A stretch of DNA of 64,000 bases, from the NCBI GenBank assembly GCA_963749075.1, contig CAVVLJ010000022.1, positions 32,001-96,000 of the forward strand, read 5' to 3'. Under the pieces are notes generated by a model that was not told the DNA's origin, made no database searches, and worked only from the letters and a program-made list of their open reading frames with translations. How positions within the stretch are numbered: position 1 is the stretch's first letter; each line of letters opens with the position of its first letter. A program made the position numbers and the translations under genes. Below, piece by piece: positions 34,947 through 46,159 of the stretch. The stretch is from an uncultured Pseudomonadota bacterium (lineage in GTDB: Bacteria > Pseudomonadota > Alphaproteobacteria > JACZXZ01).

Positions 34947-35585
34947 ATGTATCAGCTCTATTACTACCCGGACAATGCGAGTTTGGCGCCGCACATGGTA
35001 CTTGAGGAGATCAGCGCGCCCTTCGAGCTCGTATTCCTGGATCGCGCGCGCGATGCCCATAAAGCGCTTGATTATCTGAAGCTCGATCCACATGGCCGCA
35101 TCCCGACCCTAGTGGATGGCGACCTCGTTCTTTACGAAGCATCGGCGATCTGCCTCCATCTCACTGACCACCACCCTGGGGCGGGGTTAGCGCCAGAAAT
35201 CGGCAGCGTCGAGCGTGCGCACTTCTACAAGTGGCTCGTCTATCTGACAAACACGGTCCAGGCAGAGATGTCACCCTACTATTATCCGCACCGCTGGGCC
35301 GACGACGAGGCAGGCGCGGCATCAGTGAAGCGTCACGCCGAGGCGCGCATGGGCGAGATGTTCAACAGGATGGAAGACGGCCTCGCCGAAGGCGGACCCT
35401 ATCTTCTGGGGAACCGCTTCTCGGCCGCCGACCTCTATTTGCTGATGCTGGCCGGTTGGAGCCGTCCCTTTGAACAGCCGGCGCATACCCGTCCCCGGCT
35501 CGCCCAACTGTTGGAGCGGGTGGCCGCACGCCCCGCCGTGCAGCGAGCCTTCCTCGCCGAGGGCATGGCGGCACCCTATTACTGA
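34947..35585 (+). CDS. Glutathione S-transferase (beta-like)
   Basis: SLAPHMVLEE, P.GRIPTLVDGD..LYEASAI, FSAADLYL. Confidence 0.9.
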   Translation: MYQLYYYPDNASLAPHMVLEEISAPFELVFLDRARDAHKALDYLKLDPHGRIPTLVDGDLVLYEASAICLHLTDHHPGAGLAPEIGSVERAHFYKWLVYLTNTVQAEMSPYYYPHRWADDEAGAASVKRHAEARMGEMFNRMEDGLAEGGPYLLGNRFSAADLYLLMLAGWSRPFEQPAHTRPRLAQLLERVAARPAVQRAFLAEGMAAPYY

Positions 35586-35809
35586 TCGGACGCCGCGGTA
35601 CCGCAAATCGCCGCGTCATTCGGGAAATACGGGTCAAAAGGGAGCAGAGGTGAAGAGGCCGTTCCGCTTCCGGCGGACTCCCGATCACGTCCTCAGGGCG
35701 AGGGTTGACGGGGCCAAGCGCTGGGAGGCGAAATAGGAGGCAATTATAGGTTTCCCCACGGTGCAGGCGCCCCCGCGGTGAGAGACAAGCCATTGGTAGG
35801 AGATGCTGC

Positions 35810-36787
35810 ATGATCGTCGTGACCAACAACGAAGGGACGCCGGGGATCCCGGTCACGACCAGGCTCCTCAAAGAGGGCTCTCCGGCGCTGGCGGCGATCG
35901 AGGCCGGGATTCGCCTGGTGGAAAGCGACGAGACCATCCGCACCGTGGGCTGCGGCGGCTGGCCCAATCTGCTGGGCGACGTCGAGCTGGACGCGGCCGT
36001 GATGGACGGCACGACGCTGCGAACCGGTGCCGTTGGCGCGCTCAAAGGGTATCTGCACCCAATCACAGTGGCCCGCGCGGTGATGGAGCGGCTGCCCCAT
36101 GTGTTTCTCGTCGGCGAGGGGGCGGCGCGCTTCGCCCGCGAGATCGGCGCCGAGGCCGGCGACAACCTGATCCCAGATTCGACGCGCGTCTGGCGCGCCT
36201 GGTTCGAGAAGGAAGTTCCCGAGGCGGACAAACGGCGCTGGGCCGAGGCACCTCTTATCGAGCTCTGCAAGCACGCCGTGGATCCCGAGATCGGGTGCGA
36301 CACCACGACATTCCTGGCCCAGGACGCGACCGGCGCGATCTGCGGCGGCGTCAGCACCTCAGGCTGGGGCTGGAAATACCCGGGAAGGCTCGGCGACTCG
36401 CCGGTGATCGGCGCCGGCATGTACGCCGATAGCCGCTACGGCGCTTGCGCTTGCACCGGGGCCGGCGAAATCACCATTCGCGCGGGCACGTCGCGCGCTG
36501 TCGTCCTCTATATGAAGATGGGCAAGAGCGTGGACGCCGCCGTGCGCGAGGCCGTCGAGGACATGCGCCAGCTCAAGGGCGGCCTCATCAGCCGCGTCAC
36601 CATTCATGCGATCGACACCGAGGGCAATCATAAGGTGGTCGCGGTAAACGGGAATCCGAAGAATGTTTACTGGCTTTGGCGCAAGGGCGACGACACGCCC
36701 CGATCCCTGCCGGCGGAGATCATCACGATCTCGCCGGTCGTGACCAAGCCCTCGCCGTCGGAGGTCTACGGCGCGCCGCGCGGATAG
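35810..36787 (+). CDS. Ntn-hydrolase asparaginase-2 family (isoaspartyl peptidase / glycosylasparaginase)
   Basis: VELDAAVMDG, GCDTT autocleavage site, STSG, PGRLGDSPVIGAG, TGAGE. Confidence 0.88.
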   Translation: MIVVTNNEGTPGIPVTTRLLKEGSPALAAIEAGIRLVESDETIRTVGCGGWPNLLGDVELDAAVMDGTTLRTGAVGALKGYLHPITVARAVMERLPHVFLVGEGAARFAREIGAEAGDNLIPDSTRVWRAWFEKEVPEADKRRWAEAPLIELCKHAVDPEIGCDTTTFLAQDATGAICGGVSTSGWGWKYPGRLGDSPVIGAGMYADSRYGACACTGAGEITIRAGTSRAVVLYMKMGKSVDAAVREAVEDMRQLKGGLISRVTIHAIDTEGNHKVVAVNGNPKNVYWLWRKGDDTPRSLPAEIITISPVVTKPSPSEVYGAPRG

Positions 36788-36844
36788 CTGCACTGATGGC
36801 GGAACGATAAGGATCAGTTTTTCGCATCGACGCAGGCGCAGGGA

Positions 36845-37940
36845 TCAAGGAGTCCGCTTGTTGTCGATCATCACGATCTTGCATGGGTCGGTGTCGGTAC
36901 CCATGCAGAACTTCATGGCGTTGGCGACCGCCGCCTCGGTCGAATCGGCCAGCGTCGAGTAGCGCCAGTGCGAATGCGACATGGCGAATGCCTTGTGCGG
37001 CATCGCCGCCAAGTAGGTGGCGAATCCCTGGCGGCCCGAATCACCCAGTCCAGCGGGTGGCGTGACATCCGGTAAGGTTATGGTCAGCGGCGGCGAAATC
37101 AGAGGGAGATGCTGATCGGTGAAAAACTGATCGAGATAACGGGTCCAGATCGCCACCCCTTCGGGCATGGCATAGAGGTGGTGGCCGTCGGTGCCGGTCG
37201 CGGGCGCCATGTAGAAGACCGCCTTGCCGCCGGCATCCGTGAAGGCCTTGTGATAAGCCCGAGCGAGCGCGGGTCCCATGTGATAGTCGTTTTCGGTATA
37301 TATCCACAACATCGGGACGCGGGACGTCGTGGCCGAAAGTCAAGAATGCGTTCAACATCAAATCTGCGGAAAGGCCCACGGTCTCGATCAAGGGCGGACG
37401 GATGGAGTGATCGGCCCCGTTGTTCCCGGCAAAGCTGATTGCCGCCACTAGATTGGCGGGCGGCTTGGCGGTCAATGCCACCGCCCCCACGCCTCCGGTC
37501 GAGTGGCCGATTGCAATCGCACGGCTCGGATCGATATAGGGCATCTGCTCCATCACACGCATGGTTTCGCGCAGCGTCTGGGCCGCGAAATTCGCATTCG
37601 ACACGAAATCCCCGCGCGGCTCCTCACCTTCGGATGTGCCATAACCAGGGCGCATTACGGCGACAGTCGTCCAGCCGCGGCGCGCGAGCTCCCGGGCCAC
37701 GTAAAGCATCGGCCGCGGACTAAACTCCGGAGTGCCGTCGATGAACACCGCGAGCGGATGACGCTGATTGTCGTCGGCACGCACCACGACGGCTTCGAGC
37801 GACCACGTCGGCGAATCTTTGACCTGCGGATAGTTCGCCGACACCCGCGTGTCCTCGAACAGAAGGCCAGTCGCCTGCACCTCGACCGAACCCGCAAATA
37901 CAAGAACCAACAGGAGGCTAGGTGTGATCACGTAGCGCAT
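36845..37940 (-). pseudogene. Secreted alpha/beta hydrolase (dienelactone hydrolase-like), single-base frameshift near 37330
   Basis: Signal peptide, RPGYGTSEG, GHSTGG nucleophile. Continues as PMLWIYTEND...DGH in another frame. Confidence 0.7.
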
Positions 37941-38510
37941 GGGCCGCCCGGAAGGCATTGGTCTTTCAAATCGGGATATCTGTTTTGATCGAACGCGCGG
38001 GCGCCGGACATAGTGGTCAACCGGGATTCCCCAGATGACTCCCGAGCTGATGAGAAGATTAGCGCTTCCCCGGCTTGCCTGGAAGACAAACACGAGGTGT
38101 GGACGGCTACGGTCATGAGCCATGCCAAGTCACACTTCGGCTCAGTGGGCACTTATCCGACAGCTCAACGAGGGCGCCCGGGATTCTTCCGGCGTTCTGA
38201 GCTCCGCGGACCATTTCCGAGAGGCGGACTTAGCCCCTTGGGGGCGATGGCTCGAGCGGGGAGCCGGCCGACTGAGGAAGCCCTAGAAAGCCCCTCTGAC
38301 GCCAAAATCACGGCCCTGGGTGCGTTCACGCCTGGAAGGGCGAAGGGGAAGGCCTTGGAAAGGGCTCTCGGCACCCTGCGGGGCGAGGGAGGCGCGGCCA
38401 GCGACGCCACGGGAAAGGGACAGCGCCGGCCGGTTATTCCTTTTGACAGGGCCATGGGAACGTGGCAATTGGCTGCCCTCCGTCGAGTTGACCAGCGAGG
38501 AGTGCTGCCG

Positions 38511-38855
38511 GTGACGAAGGCGCAATGGGGCACCAAGCGAATTTGCCAAAGCTGCGGCACGCGCTTCTACGATCTACGGCGCACTCCAATCAAGTGCCCG
38601 AAGTGCGGCACGATCTTCGATCGCCAGGCTTTGATCAAGGCGCCGCGTCTGCGCCAGGCTCCCGCCCCGGTCCTGTCCGTGCTCAGGGAGCCCGCGATCG
38701 CCGAGGTCGAGGCTCCCGAGGGGGAGGAAGCTCCTGCCGAGCCGGCCGAGGACGAGGAGGAAAAGGTCATCGAGGATGCCTCCGAGCTCGGCAAGGACGA
38801 GCACGACGTTGCCGAGGTGATCGAGAACGTCGAGGAAGAGGAAGGCGAGCGCTGA
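38511..38855 (+). CDS. TIGR02300 / FYDLN_acid family protein
   Basis: WGTKRICQSCGTRFYDLRRTPIKCPKCG plus acidic tail. GAGGAG RBS. Confidence 0.88.
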   Translation: MTKAQWGTKRICQSCGTRFYDLRRTPIKCPKCGTIFDRQALIKAPRLRQAPAPVLSVLREPAIAEVEAPEGEEAPAEPAEDEEEKVIEDASELGKDEHDVAEVIENVEEEEGER

Positions 38856-38966
38856 CGTGCTGCTCTTGGCTTCCGGCTACCCCAGCAGCATGTTATCGTT
38901 CACGCCGATCCTTGGTCATCTGGGGGATGTCGGTTCAACTCGAAGCGGCGAAGGGGGAATTGAGCG

Positions 38967-39488
38967 ATGTTCGAGCGCAAGAGTTCCGACGATGACGGGA
39001 CGGCTGGGACCTTGCGGGACGACGCCGGGCCGCGGAGCGGCATCATCACCCCGCCGATGCGGCCGACACCCGAGCCCTATCGGCGGGTCATCGAGGCTCC
39101 CAATCTCACGCGGCGGGTCGAGGGTGCCGCCGCCGTTGCCGAGGTCAGGCCCGAGAGCAAAAAACTGATCGTTGGCCGCGACATCTCGCTCAACGGCAAG
39201 ATATCGTCGTGCGACCGCCTCATTGTCGAAGGGTTGGTCGAAGCAGAGCTGCAGGACTGCCACACCATCGAGATCGCCGAAAGCGGCACCTTCAAGGGAG
39301 TCGCCGAGATCGAGAGTGCGGAGATCTCCGGTCACTACGAGGGCTCCTTGACCGTGCGCAAGAATCTCTTGATCCGCAGCAGGGGGCAAGTGAGGGGGCT
39401 GGTTCGCTACGGCCGCCTGGAGATCGAGCAGGGCGGAGAGATCAACGGCGACATCAAGAGCCTGGCCCTTGAGCACATGGGCAATTAG
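38967..39488 (+). CDS. Bactofilin (polymer-forming cytoskeletal protein)
   Basis: LIVGRDISLNGKISSCDRLIVEGLVE...GQVRGLVRYGRLEIEQGGEING. Confidence 0.85.
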   Translation: MFERKSSDDDGTAGTLRDDAGPRSGIITPPMRPTPEPYRRVIEAPNLTRRVEGAAAVAEVRPESKKLIVGRDISLNGKISSCDRLIVEGLVEAELQDCHTIEIAESGTFKGVAEIESAEISGHYEGSLTVRKNLLIRSRGQVRGLVRYGRLEIEQGGEINGDIKSLALEHMGN

Positions 39489-40402
39489 CGCGCCTCGACC
39501 CTAACCGCGCGGCGATTTCCGCCGAGGCCGCCTCAGTCGTCACTTTGCGCCAGGGAATGGCCGCAGTACCCCAGAAAGCGGACCCGCCCGCACGCTGCCG
39601 GCACCGCCGCAAGGTACCGCGGCATCATCCTGACGCGGTCGAACATGCTACGGCCGGCAATTCTGGCGCGGCTCAGGGCCTCACGCGAGGCGCCGACTCA
39701 CGCTCAACCATCGCGCGAGATAGGAGGAATCGCCGGTTTCCTACTCAGTCGGATTCGACCGCGGTACGACGGATGATGACATATTGTGGGAGCGCGCCCT
39801 GCCGAGACGAAAGGTGTCAATCAGCACCGAACTGATGGGTGGACGACCCCCGTTGATTGATTGAACAACGCGACTGATATTGAGGCCGACGCTGTTGGCC
39901 GTCGCGGCGGGAGCGAGTGCACGTGGGAACGAGCTGCGGCACGATCGTCTGCCACCCGGGAGCAATCAATACCGGAGCACGATTGCGGCTGAACCAATAC
40001 GGACGTTCGTCGCAGCTTATTGTGGGTTGCTGTGCGGCAACGAATTGAACCAGGCATGCAACTGCACGAATATTGACTATGACGTATCGGAGCATATACA
40101 GAGATGGACATTGACTGACTCCTTGAATATTTTATTCTCGACGCATTGCGAGGTAGGCGGCGAGATCGGCTTCGGAGATGCGGAGCCGGTGGCCGAGGCG
40201 ATGACTAGTGAGCTCGCCGCGGGCGCTCCTGAGCTGATACTCACTTTTGCTTTCCCAACCTTGGCTGTTTGCGCTGCATTGCCGTCTCCGTTCATGGAAA
40301 CTTGCTCAGAATTTACCTGCGACGTCGTAGTCCTCGCTACGCTCCTAAGCACTGTGTGGTCCTCCACAAATTCTCGTGTCTTTCATTAGGGCTCCATTTC
40401 TA

Positions 40403-41226
40403 GGGTCTGTACCCGCATAATGTCTTGAAAAAGTTGTCCGAATGTGATTCACCGTGGTTGGAGGTGGATCATGCGGTTTGATTTGAGCGACGAGGAATGG
40501 GCTGTGCTGGAGCCGTTGATGCCGGGCCTTCGCAAGAAGGCGCGAGAGGATGATCGCCGGATCATGAATGGCATCTTCTACGTGCTGCGCACCGGCATGC
40601 CGTGGCGAGATTTGCCGGAGCGCTATGGGCCTTACACGACGGTCTACAATCGCTTCAACCGCTGGTCTCGCCGCGGCATCTGGAAGCGGATTTTCGACGC
40701 GCTGGCCGCGACATCGCACGATAGCCTCTATCTGATCGACAGCACCATCGTGAAAGCGCATCGCGCGGCGAGCGGCGCAAAAGGGGGGAGAAAAATCAGG
40801 CGATCGGTATTAGCCGGGGCGGGCGCAGCACGAAGATCCATGCGGTCGTCGACGGCAAAGGCCGCCCGCTGAACTTCATCGTCACGGGCGCACAGGTCCA
40901 TGACAGCCAAGTCGTCGAAGCGGTGCTGGACACGCCCAAGCCGCCCCTCGCCGTCGCGGCCGACAAGGCTTATGACAGCCAAAAGGTCCGCCAGCAGATC
41001 AGGGACGAAGGTGCCTTGCCCGTCATCCCCAGCCGCAGCAATGCCACCAAGAAAGCCTATTGCCCCAAGCGCATCTATCGCAGGCGCCACAAGATCGAAA
41101 ATTACTTCTGCCGCATCAAGGATTGGCGGCGCATCGCAACCCGATACGACAAGCTGGCCAGAAACTTCCTTGCCGCCGCAGCCCTCGTCGGCGCACTCTA
41201 CTGGATCAAATTGTGAGTCCAGACCC
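40403..41226 (+). mobile_element. IS5-family (IS427 group) element, copy 1
   Basis: 824 bp, GGGTCTG...CAGACCC ends flanked by TA. Two ORFs joined at the AAAAGGGGGG slip site. WRDLPERYG, ADKAYDS, RIATRYDK. Confidence 0.92.
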
Positions 41227-41349
41227 TAGTATGATTTATGCATCCGCATTCGCATCGACAGGAGGTGCCTCCTTGGCGTATGTCGTCTCTAGGCCAATGA
41301 CCACGACATCGCCACGTCGCCGCCGGCAACTGTCGGCAACGGCGGCGAC

Positions 41350-42735
41350 ATGAGAGGCGCTTGCGTGCGCAAGTCGCTTGCGGCGGTGGGGCTCTTTGCG
41401 GGGTTGCTGACGGGCGGCGGCGCCCTCGGGCAAACCCTGACGGATGCCCTGGTCATGGCCTACCGCACGAATCCGGCCCTTCTTGCCGAGCGGGCGCAGT
41501 TGCGGGCACAGGACGAGGGGGTCGCACAGGCGCTCTCGGGCTGGCGCCCGACCGTCACGATCGGCGTCAACGGGGGCCGCCAGTGGTATAACTCCATACC
41601 GATGGCGAGCGGCTCGAACTCGACGGTTTTTAGCACCGAGTATCCGCGCTCGGGGCAACTCGTCATCACGCAGAATATCTACAAGGGCGGCAAGATCGAG
41701 GCCCAGACGCGGGCGGCGGACTATAACGTGCTGGCCGAGCGCTCGCACCTGCAGCTCATCGAGCAGACCACGATGCTCAACGCGGCGAGCGCCTACATCA
41801 ACGTCGTCGAGGCCCAGGCGCTGCTCGATCTCAGCATCAACAACGAGCAGGTCCTCGCTAAGCAGCTCGAGGCGACGCGGGACCGCTTCCAGGTGGGCGA
41901 GGTGACGCGCACGGACGTGTCGCAGGCGGAAGCGAGTCTCTCGGCGGCGCATGCCGGACGGCAGGCGGCCGAGAGCCAGCTTGCCATCGCGCGCGCGAAC
42001 TACCGCAACGAGATGGGCGTGGATCCCGGCCAGCTCATCGATCCGGGCGAGCCGCTCGGGCTGCCGGGTGCGCGGGACGAGGCGCTCTCCCTGGCACAGC
42101 ATCAGAACCCCAACGTGACGGCGGCCGCCTATAGCGAGCGCTCGGCGCTCGCCAACGTCGACGTGCAGTTGAGCGGCCTCTTGCCGAGCCTCTCGATCCA
42201 GGCGCTCCTCTCGAAGAGCGAGCAGCAGGCGAGCCGCATCGACGACACCACCTCGGCCCAGATCCTCGCGGTGCTGTCGCTGCCGATCTATACCGGCGGC
42301 CTGGCCGACTCGCAGGTGCGCCAGGCGAAGGAGCAGGTCGGCGCCGCGCGGCTTCAAGTCGAGGTGGCGCAGCGCCAGGCGATCCAGGACGCCGCCACCG
42401 CTTGGGACACCCTCGCGAGCGCCCGCGCGCAGGCCCTCTCCTTCAGCGACCAGATCAAGGCGAACCAGGTGGCGCTCGAGGGCGTGCAACAGGAGGCGCT
42501 CGCGGGCCTGCGTACGGTTCTCGACGTGCTCAATGCCCAGCAGGCGCTGCTCACCTCGCAAGTGAGCCTCGTGCAGTCGAAGCACGACGGCATCCAGGCG
42601 GCCTACAATCTGCTCAACGCCGCAGGACGGCTCACCGCGCGCGACCGCCAGCTCCCGGTCGAATATTACGACCCGACGAACCACTACAACGAGACGCGCG
42701 GCAAGTGGCGCGGCCTCGGCGATCCGGTGCAATGA
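41350..42735 (+). CDS. tolC: TolC family outer membrane protein
   Basis: QTLTDALVMAYRTNP, RFQVGEVTRTDVSQAEA, GLRTVLDVLNAQQ. Confidence 0.88.
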   Translation: MRGACVRKSLAAVGLFAGLLTGGGALGQTLTDALVMAYRTNPALLAERAQLRAQDEGVAQALSGWRPTVTIGVNGGRQWYNSIPMASGSNSTVFSTEYPRSGQLVITQNIYKGGKIEAQTRAADYNVLAERSHLQLIEQTTMLNAASAYINVVEAQALLDLSINNEQVLAKQLEATRDRFQVGEVTRTDVSQAEASLSAAHAGRQAAESQLAIARANYRNEMGVDPGQLIDPGEPLGLPGARDEALSLAQHQNPNVTAAAYSERSALANVDVQLSGLLPSLSIQALLSKSEQQASRIDDTTSAQILAVLSLPIYTGGLADSQVRQAKEQVGAARLQVEVAQRQAIQDAATAWDTLASARAQALSFSDQIKANQVALEGVQQEALAGLRTVLDVLNAQQALLTSQVSLVQSKHDGIQAAYNLLNAAGRLTARDRQLPVEYYDPTNHYNETRGKWRGLGDPVQ

Positions 42736-42748
42736 CGCCCGCCTCCGC

Positions 42749-43621
42749 TCAATGCCCCTCCTCGGCAATGAGCAGGAGGTAGCGTCCGTACTCGTTCTTT
42801 TCCATGCTGCGCCCGAGCGCCGCGAGTTGCGCGCAATCGATGTAGCCCTTGCGATAGGCGATCTCCTCGACGCAGCCGATCTTGAGCCCCTGCCTGAGCT
42901 CGACGGTGCGGACGAACTCGGACGCCTGGATGAGCGTGTCGTGGGTGCCGGTATCGAGCCAGGCGAAGCCGCGCCCGAGCGTCTCCACCTTGAGCTCGCC
43001 GCGCGCGAGGTAGATGTTGTTGAGATCCGAAATCTCGAGCTCGCCGCGCGGCGAGGGCCGGATCGTCCGCGCGTGCTCGACCACCCACTCGTCGTAAAAG
43101 TAAAGCCCCGTGATGGCATAATTCGACTTGGGCTTCTTCGGCTTCTCGTCAATCGAAATGACATTCGACTGTGCGTCGAAGGCGACGACGCCGTACCGCT
43201 CGGGGTCGCGCACCCGGTAGGCGAACACGACCGCCCCCCGCTCGATCGCCGTCGCGCGCGCCAGCGTCTCGGGAAGGCCGTGGCCGAAGAAGACGTTGTC
43301 GCCGAGAACGAGGCAGCATTTGCTGCCGGCGAGAAAATCGGCGCCGATGAGGAAGGCCTGGGCGAGGCCCTCGGGCTTCGGCTGCACGGCATATGAGAAC
43401 GAGAGGCCCCATTGTACGCCGTCCTCGAGGAGCGCCTTGTACTGGCGCTGGTCCTCGGGCGTGGTAATGATGAGGATCTTGCGGATGCCGGCCAGCATCA
43501 GAACCGACAAGGAATAGTAGATCATCGGCTTGTCGTAGATGGGCAAAAGCTGCTTGCTCACGCCGCGCGTGATCGGGTAGAGCCGCGTCCCGGTTCCTCC
43601 TGCCAGCACGATTCCCTTCAT
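42749..43621 (-). CDS. rfbA: Glucose-1-phosphate thymidylyltransferase
   Basis: [34 protein letters not shown]. Confidence 0.95.
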   Translation of the reverse strand: MKGIVLAGGTGTRLYPITRGVSKQLLPIYDKPMIYYSLSVLMLAGIRKILIITTPEDQRQYKALLEDGVQWGLSFSYAVQPKPEGLAQAFLIGADFLAGSKCCLVLGDNVFFGHGLPETLARATAIERGAVVFAYRVRDPERYGVVAFDAQSNVISIDEKPKKPKSNYAITGLYFYDEWVVEHARTIRPSPRGELEISDLNNIYLARGELKVETLGRGFAWLDTGTHDTLIQASEFVRTVELRQGLKIGCVEEIAYRKGYIDCAQLAALGRSMEKNEYGRYLLLIAEEGH

Positions 43622-44508
43622 GCGGCACCCGCCTTGGCGACGAGCTCGGCGAGCAGCGCCGGCAGGCCCGCGCGCCAGTCCGGCTGCGCGATTGCGAAGG
43701 CGGCGGCGATCTTGCCGCAGTCCATCGTCGAGTTGGCGGGCCGCCGCGCCGGCAGTAGATAGTCGGCCGTCGCGATCGGCACCACCGGCACGCGCTTGCC
43801 GAGGTGGGGTGCTGCCGCCTCGACGATGGCGCCGGCAAAGCCCCACCAGCTCGTCGCGGGCGCGCCGCAGAAATGGTAGGTCCCCCAGGCGTCCTCGCCG
43901 CGGCGCAGGCTGCGCGCGATCTTGAGCAAGGCCTCCGCGATGCTTGCGGCCGGCGTCGGGCCGCCCTTCTGATCCTCGACGATGCGGAGCGACGGCCGCT
44001 CGCCGGCGAGCCGCACGATCGTCTTCACGAAATTGGCGCCATGTGCGCTATAGACCCAGGCCGTGCGCAGGATGACGTGCTGCGCGTGGCGCTGGCGCAG
44101 GGCCTCCTCGCCGGCGAGCTTGCTCGCCCCGTAGACGCCGAGCGGCGCCGTCGCATCGCTCTCGACATAAGGACCCGCCTTGCTTCCGTCGAAGACGTAG
44201 TCGGTCGAGACGTGGAGGAGCGGGAGGGCGCTCTCCCGGCAGGCGTCCGCGAGGTTCGCCGTGCCGTCGCGATTGACCGCAAAGGCGGCCTCGCGCTCGC
44301 TCTCCGCCTTGTCGACAGCCGTGTAGGCCGCGGCATTGATGACGAGGGCCGGCGCCGCCTCGAGGATCGCGGCGCGCACGCGCGCCGCATCGCGGATGTC
44401 GAGCGCGCCGTGGGGGACCCCCACGATGGGCTCCCGCTGCGCATCGTGGCGCCGCATGAGCTCGCGACCGAGCTGGCCGCCCGCGCCGCAGACGAAGATG
44501 GGGCGCAT
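43618..44508 (-). CDS. rfbD: dTDP-4-dehydrorhamnose reductase
   Basis: [36 protein letters not shown]. Confidence 0.94.
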   Translation of the reverse strand: MRPIFVCGAGGQLGRELMRRHDAQREPIVGVPHGALDIRDAARVRAAILEAAPALVINAAAYTAVDKAESEREAAFAVNRDGTANLADACRESALPLLHVSTDYVFDGSKAGPYVESDATAPLGVYGASKLAGEEALRQRHAQHVILRTAWVYSAHGANFVKTIVRLAGERPSLRIVEDQKGGPTPAASIAEALLKIARSLRRGEDAWGTYHFCGAPATSWWGFAGAIVEAAAPHLGKRVPVVPIATADYLLPARRPANSTMDCGKIAAAFAIAQPDWRAGLPALLAELVAKAGAA

Positions 44509-44515
44509 CGCCGGC

Positions 44516-45580
44516 TCAGCCTCCAGCCGCGCGGTCGAGGCCCAGGCGCTCGCCGCGGTAGCGCTTCTCGACGAGCGGCCGCCACCACGGCTCGTTGGCG
44601 AGATACCACTCGATCGTGCGCGCGAGCCCGGTCTCGAAATCGACCGAGGGGGCGACCCCGAGCTCGCGCTCGACGCGCGTGGCGTCGATGGCGTAGCGGA
44701 GGTCGTGGCCCGGCCGGTCCTCGACGAAGGCGATGAGCTCGGCGTAGGAGCCGCGCCGGCGCGGGCGCAAGCAGTCGAGCGCGGCGCAGATCGCGCGCAC
44801 CACCTGGAGATTGCCGCGCTCGCTCTTCCCGCCGATGTTGTAGCTCGTACCCGGCCGCCCCGCCGTCGCCACCCTAAAGAGCGCCCGCGCATGGTCCTCG
44901 ACGTAGAGCCAATCGCGCACGTTCTCGCCGCTGCCGTAGACGGGCAGCGCCTTCTCCGCGAGGCAGTTGGTGATCATGAGGGGGATGAGCTTCTCGGGGA
45001 ACTGATAGGGCCCGTAGTTGTTGGAGCAGTTGCTGACGACGACGGGGAGGCCGTAGGTATGGTGCCAGGCGCGCGCGAGATGGTCGGAGGCCGCCTTGCT
45101 CGCCGAATAGGGCGAGCTCGGGCGATAGGGCGACTCCTCGCCGAAGGCGCCCTCCTCTCCGAGCGCGCCGAAGACCTCGTCCGTCGAGACGTGGTGGAAG
45201 CGGAACGCCTCGCGCGCGGGCGCGTCCAGGCCGCGCCAATAGCTCAAGGCGGCCTCGAGCAGCACGTAGGTGCCGACGACGTTGGTCGCGATGAAGCTCG
45301 CCGGACCGTCGATCGAGCGGTCGACGTGGCTCTCCGCCGCGAGGTTCATGACCACGTCGGGGCGGTGGCGGCGGAGAATTGCCGACATCGCCGCGGCGTC
45401 GCCGATGTCGTGCTGCTCGAAGCGGTAGCGCGCGTCGTCGGCGACGCTCGCGACGGTGCGCAGGTCCCCCGCATAGGTGAGCTTGTCGACGTTGACGACC
45501 GCGGCCCCGGTCTCGCGGATGAGATAGCGCACGACCGCGGAGCCGATGAACCCCGCCCCGCCGGTCACCATGATCTTCAT
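44516..45580 (-). CDS. rfbB: dTDP-glucose 4,6-dehydratase
   Basis: [33 protein letters not shown]. Confidence 0.95.
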   Translation of the reverse strand: MKIMVTGGAGFIGSAVVRYLIRETGAAVVNVDKLTYAGDLRTVASVADDARYRFEQHDIGDAAAMSAILRRHRPDVVMNLAAESHVDRSIDGPASFIATNVVGTYVLLEAALSYWRGLDAPAREAFRFHHVSTDEVFGALGEEGAFGEESPYRPSSPYSASKAASDHLARAWHHTYGLPVVVSNCSNNYGPYQFPEKLIPLMITNCLAEKALPVYGSGENVRDWLYVEDHARALFRVATAGRPGTSYNIGGKSERGNLQVVRAICAALDCLRPRRRGSYAELIAFVEDRPGHDLRYAIDATRVERELGVAPSVDFETGLARTIEWYLANEPWWRPLVEKRYRGERLGLDRAAGG

Positions 45581-45607
45581 GTTCCGCCCCCGCCCGGCGC
45601 CATCGCC

Positions 45608-46159
45608 TCAGCCGGCGTAGACGAAGGGGCTCGCGACCTCGGCGAGCGGCGGGTGCCGCCGGTCCTTGTCCGAGAGGACGGCGCGCGCGGCGTCGACCGG
45701 CCATGGGATGCCGATCGCCGGATCGTTCCACAGGATGCCGCGGTCGTGCGCCGCGGAATAATAGGCGTCGACCTTGTAGAGCACCATGGTCTCTGGCGCC
45801 AACGTGCAGAAGCCGTGGAGGAAGCCGCGCGGGACGAGGAGCTGGTTGAGCTTCTCGGCGGTGAGCTCGGCCGCGACCCATTGGCCGTAGCTGGGCGAGC
45901 CGCGGCGGAAATCGACGGCCACGTCGTAGATTGCGCCGCTGAGCACGGTGACGAGCTTGGCCTGGGCGAAGGGCGGCGCCTGGTAATGCAGGCCGCGCAC
46001 GGTGCCGGCGTCGCGCGAGAGCGAGAGATTGTCCTGGAGGAAATCGCTCTCCGGATGGCTGCGCCGCGTGAAGGTCTCGCAGAAGAAGCCGCGGCTGTCG
46101 GCGAACTTCCTGGGCGAGAACAGCTTGACCTCCGGGATTGCAAGCGAAGCCGTCTCCAT
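45608..46159 (-). CDS. rfbC: dTDP-4-dehydrorhamnose 3,5-epimerase
   Basis: DSRGFF.E, QDN.S, RGLHYQ, AQAKLV, GFLHGFCTL. Confidence 0.93.
   Translation of the reverse strand: METASLAIPEVKLFSPRKFADSRGFFCETFTRRSHPESDFLQDNLSLSRDAGTVRGLHYQAPPFAQAKLVTVLSGAIYDVAVDFRRGSPSYGQWVAAELTAEKLNQLLVPRGFLHGFCTLAPETMVLYKVDAYYSAAHDRGILWNDPAIGIPWPVDAARAVLSDKDRRHPPLAEVASPFVYAG

Noticed and set aside
39817-40389. Ser/Thr/Asn-rich short ORFs next to IS5 (curlin/adhesin-like feel)
   Set aside because: Fragmented across frames with no diagnostic repeat motif, so I cannot support a call.
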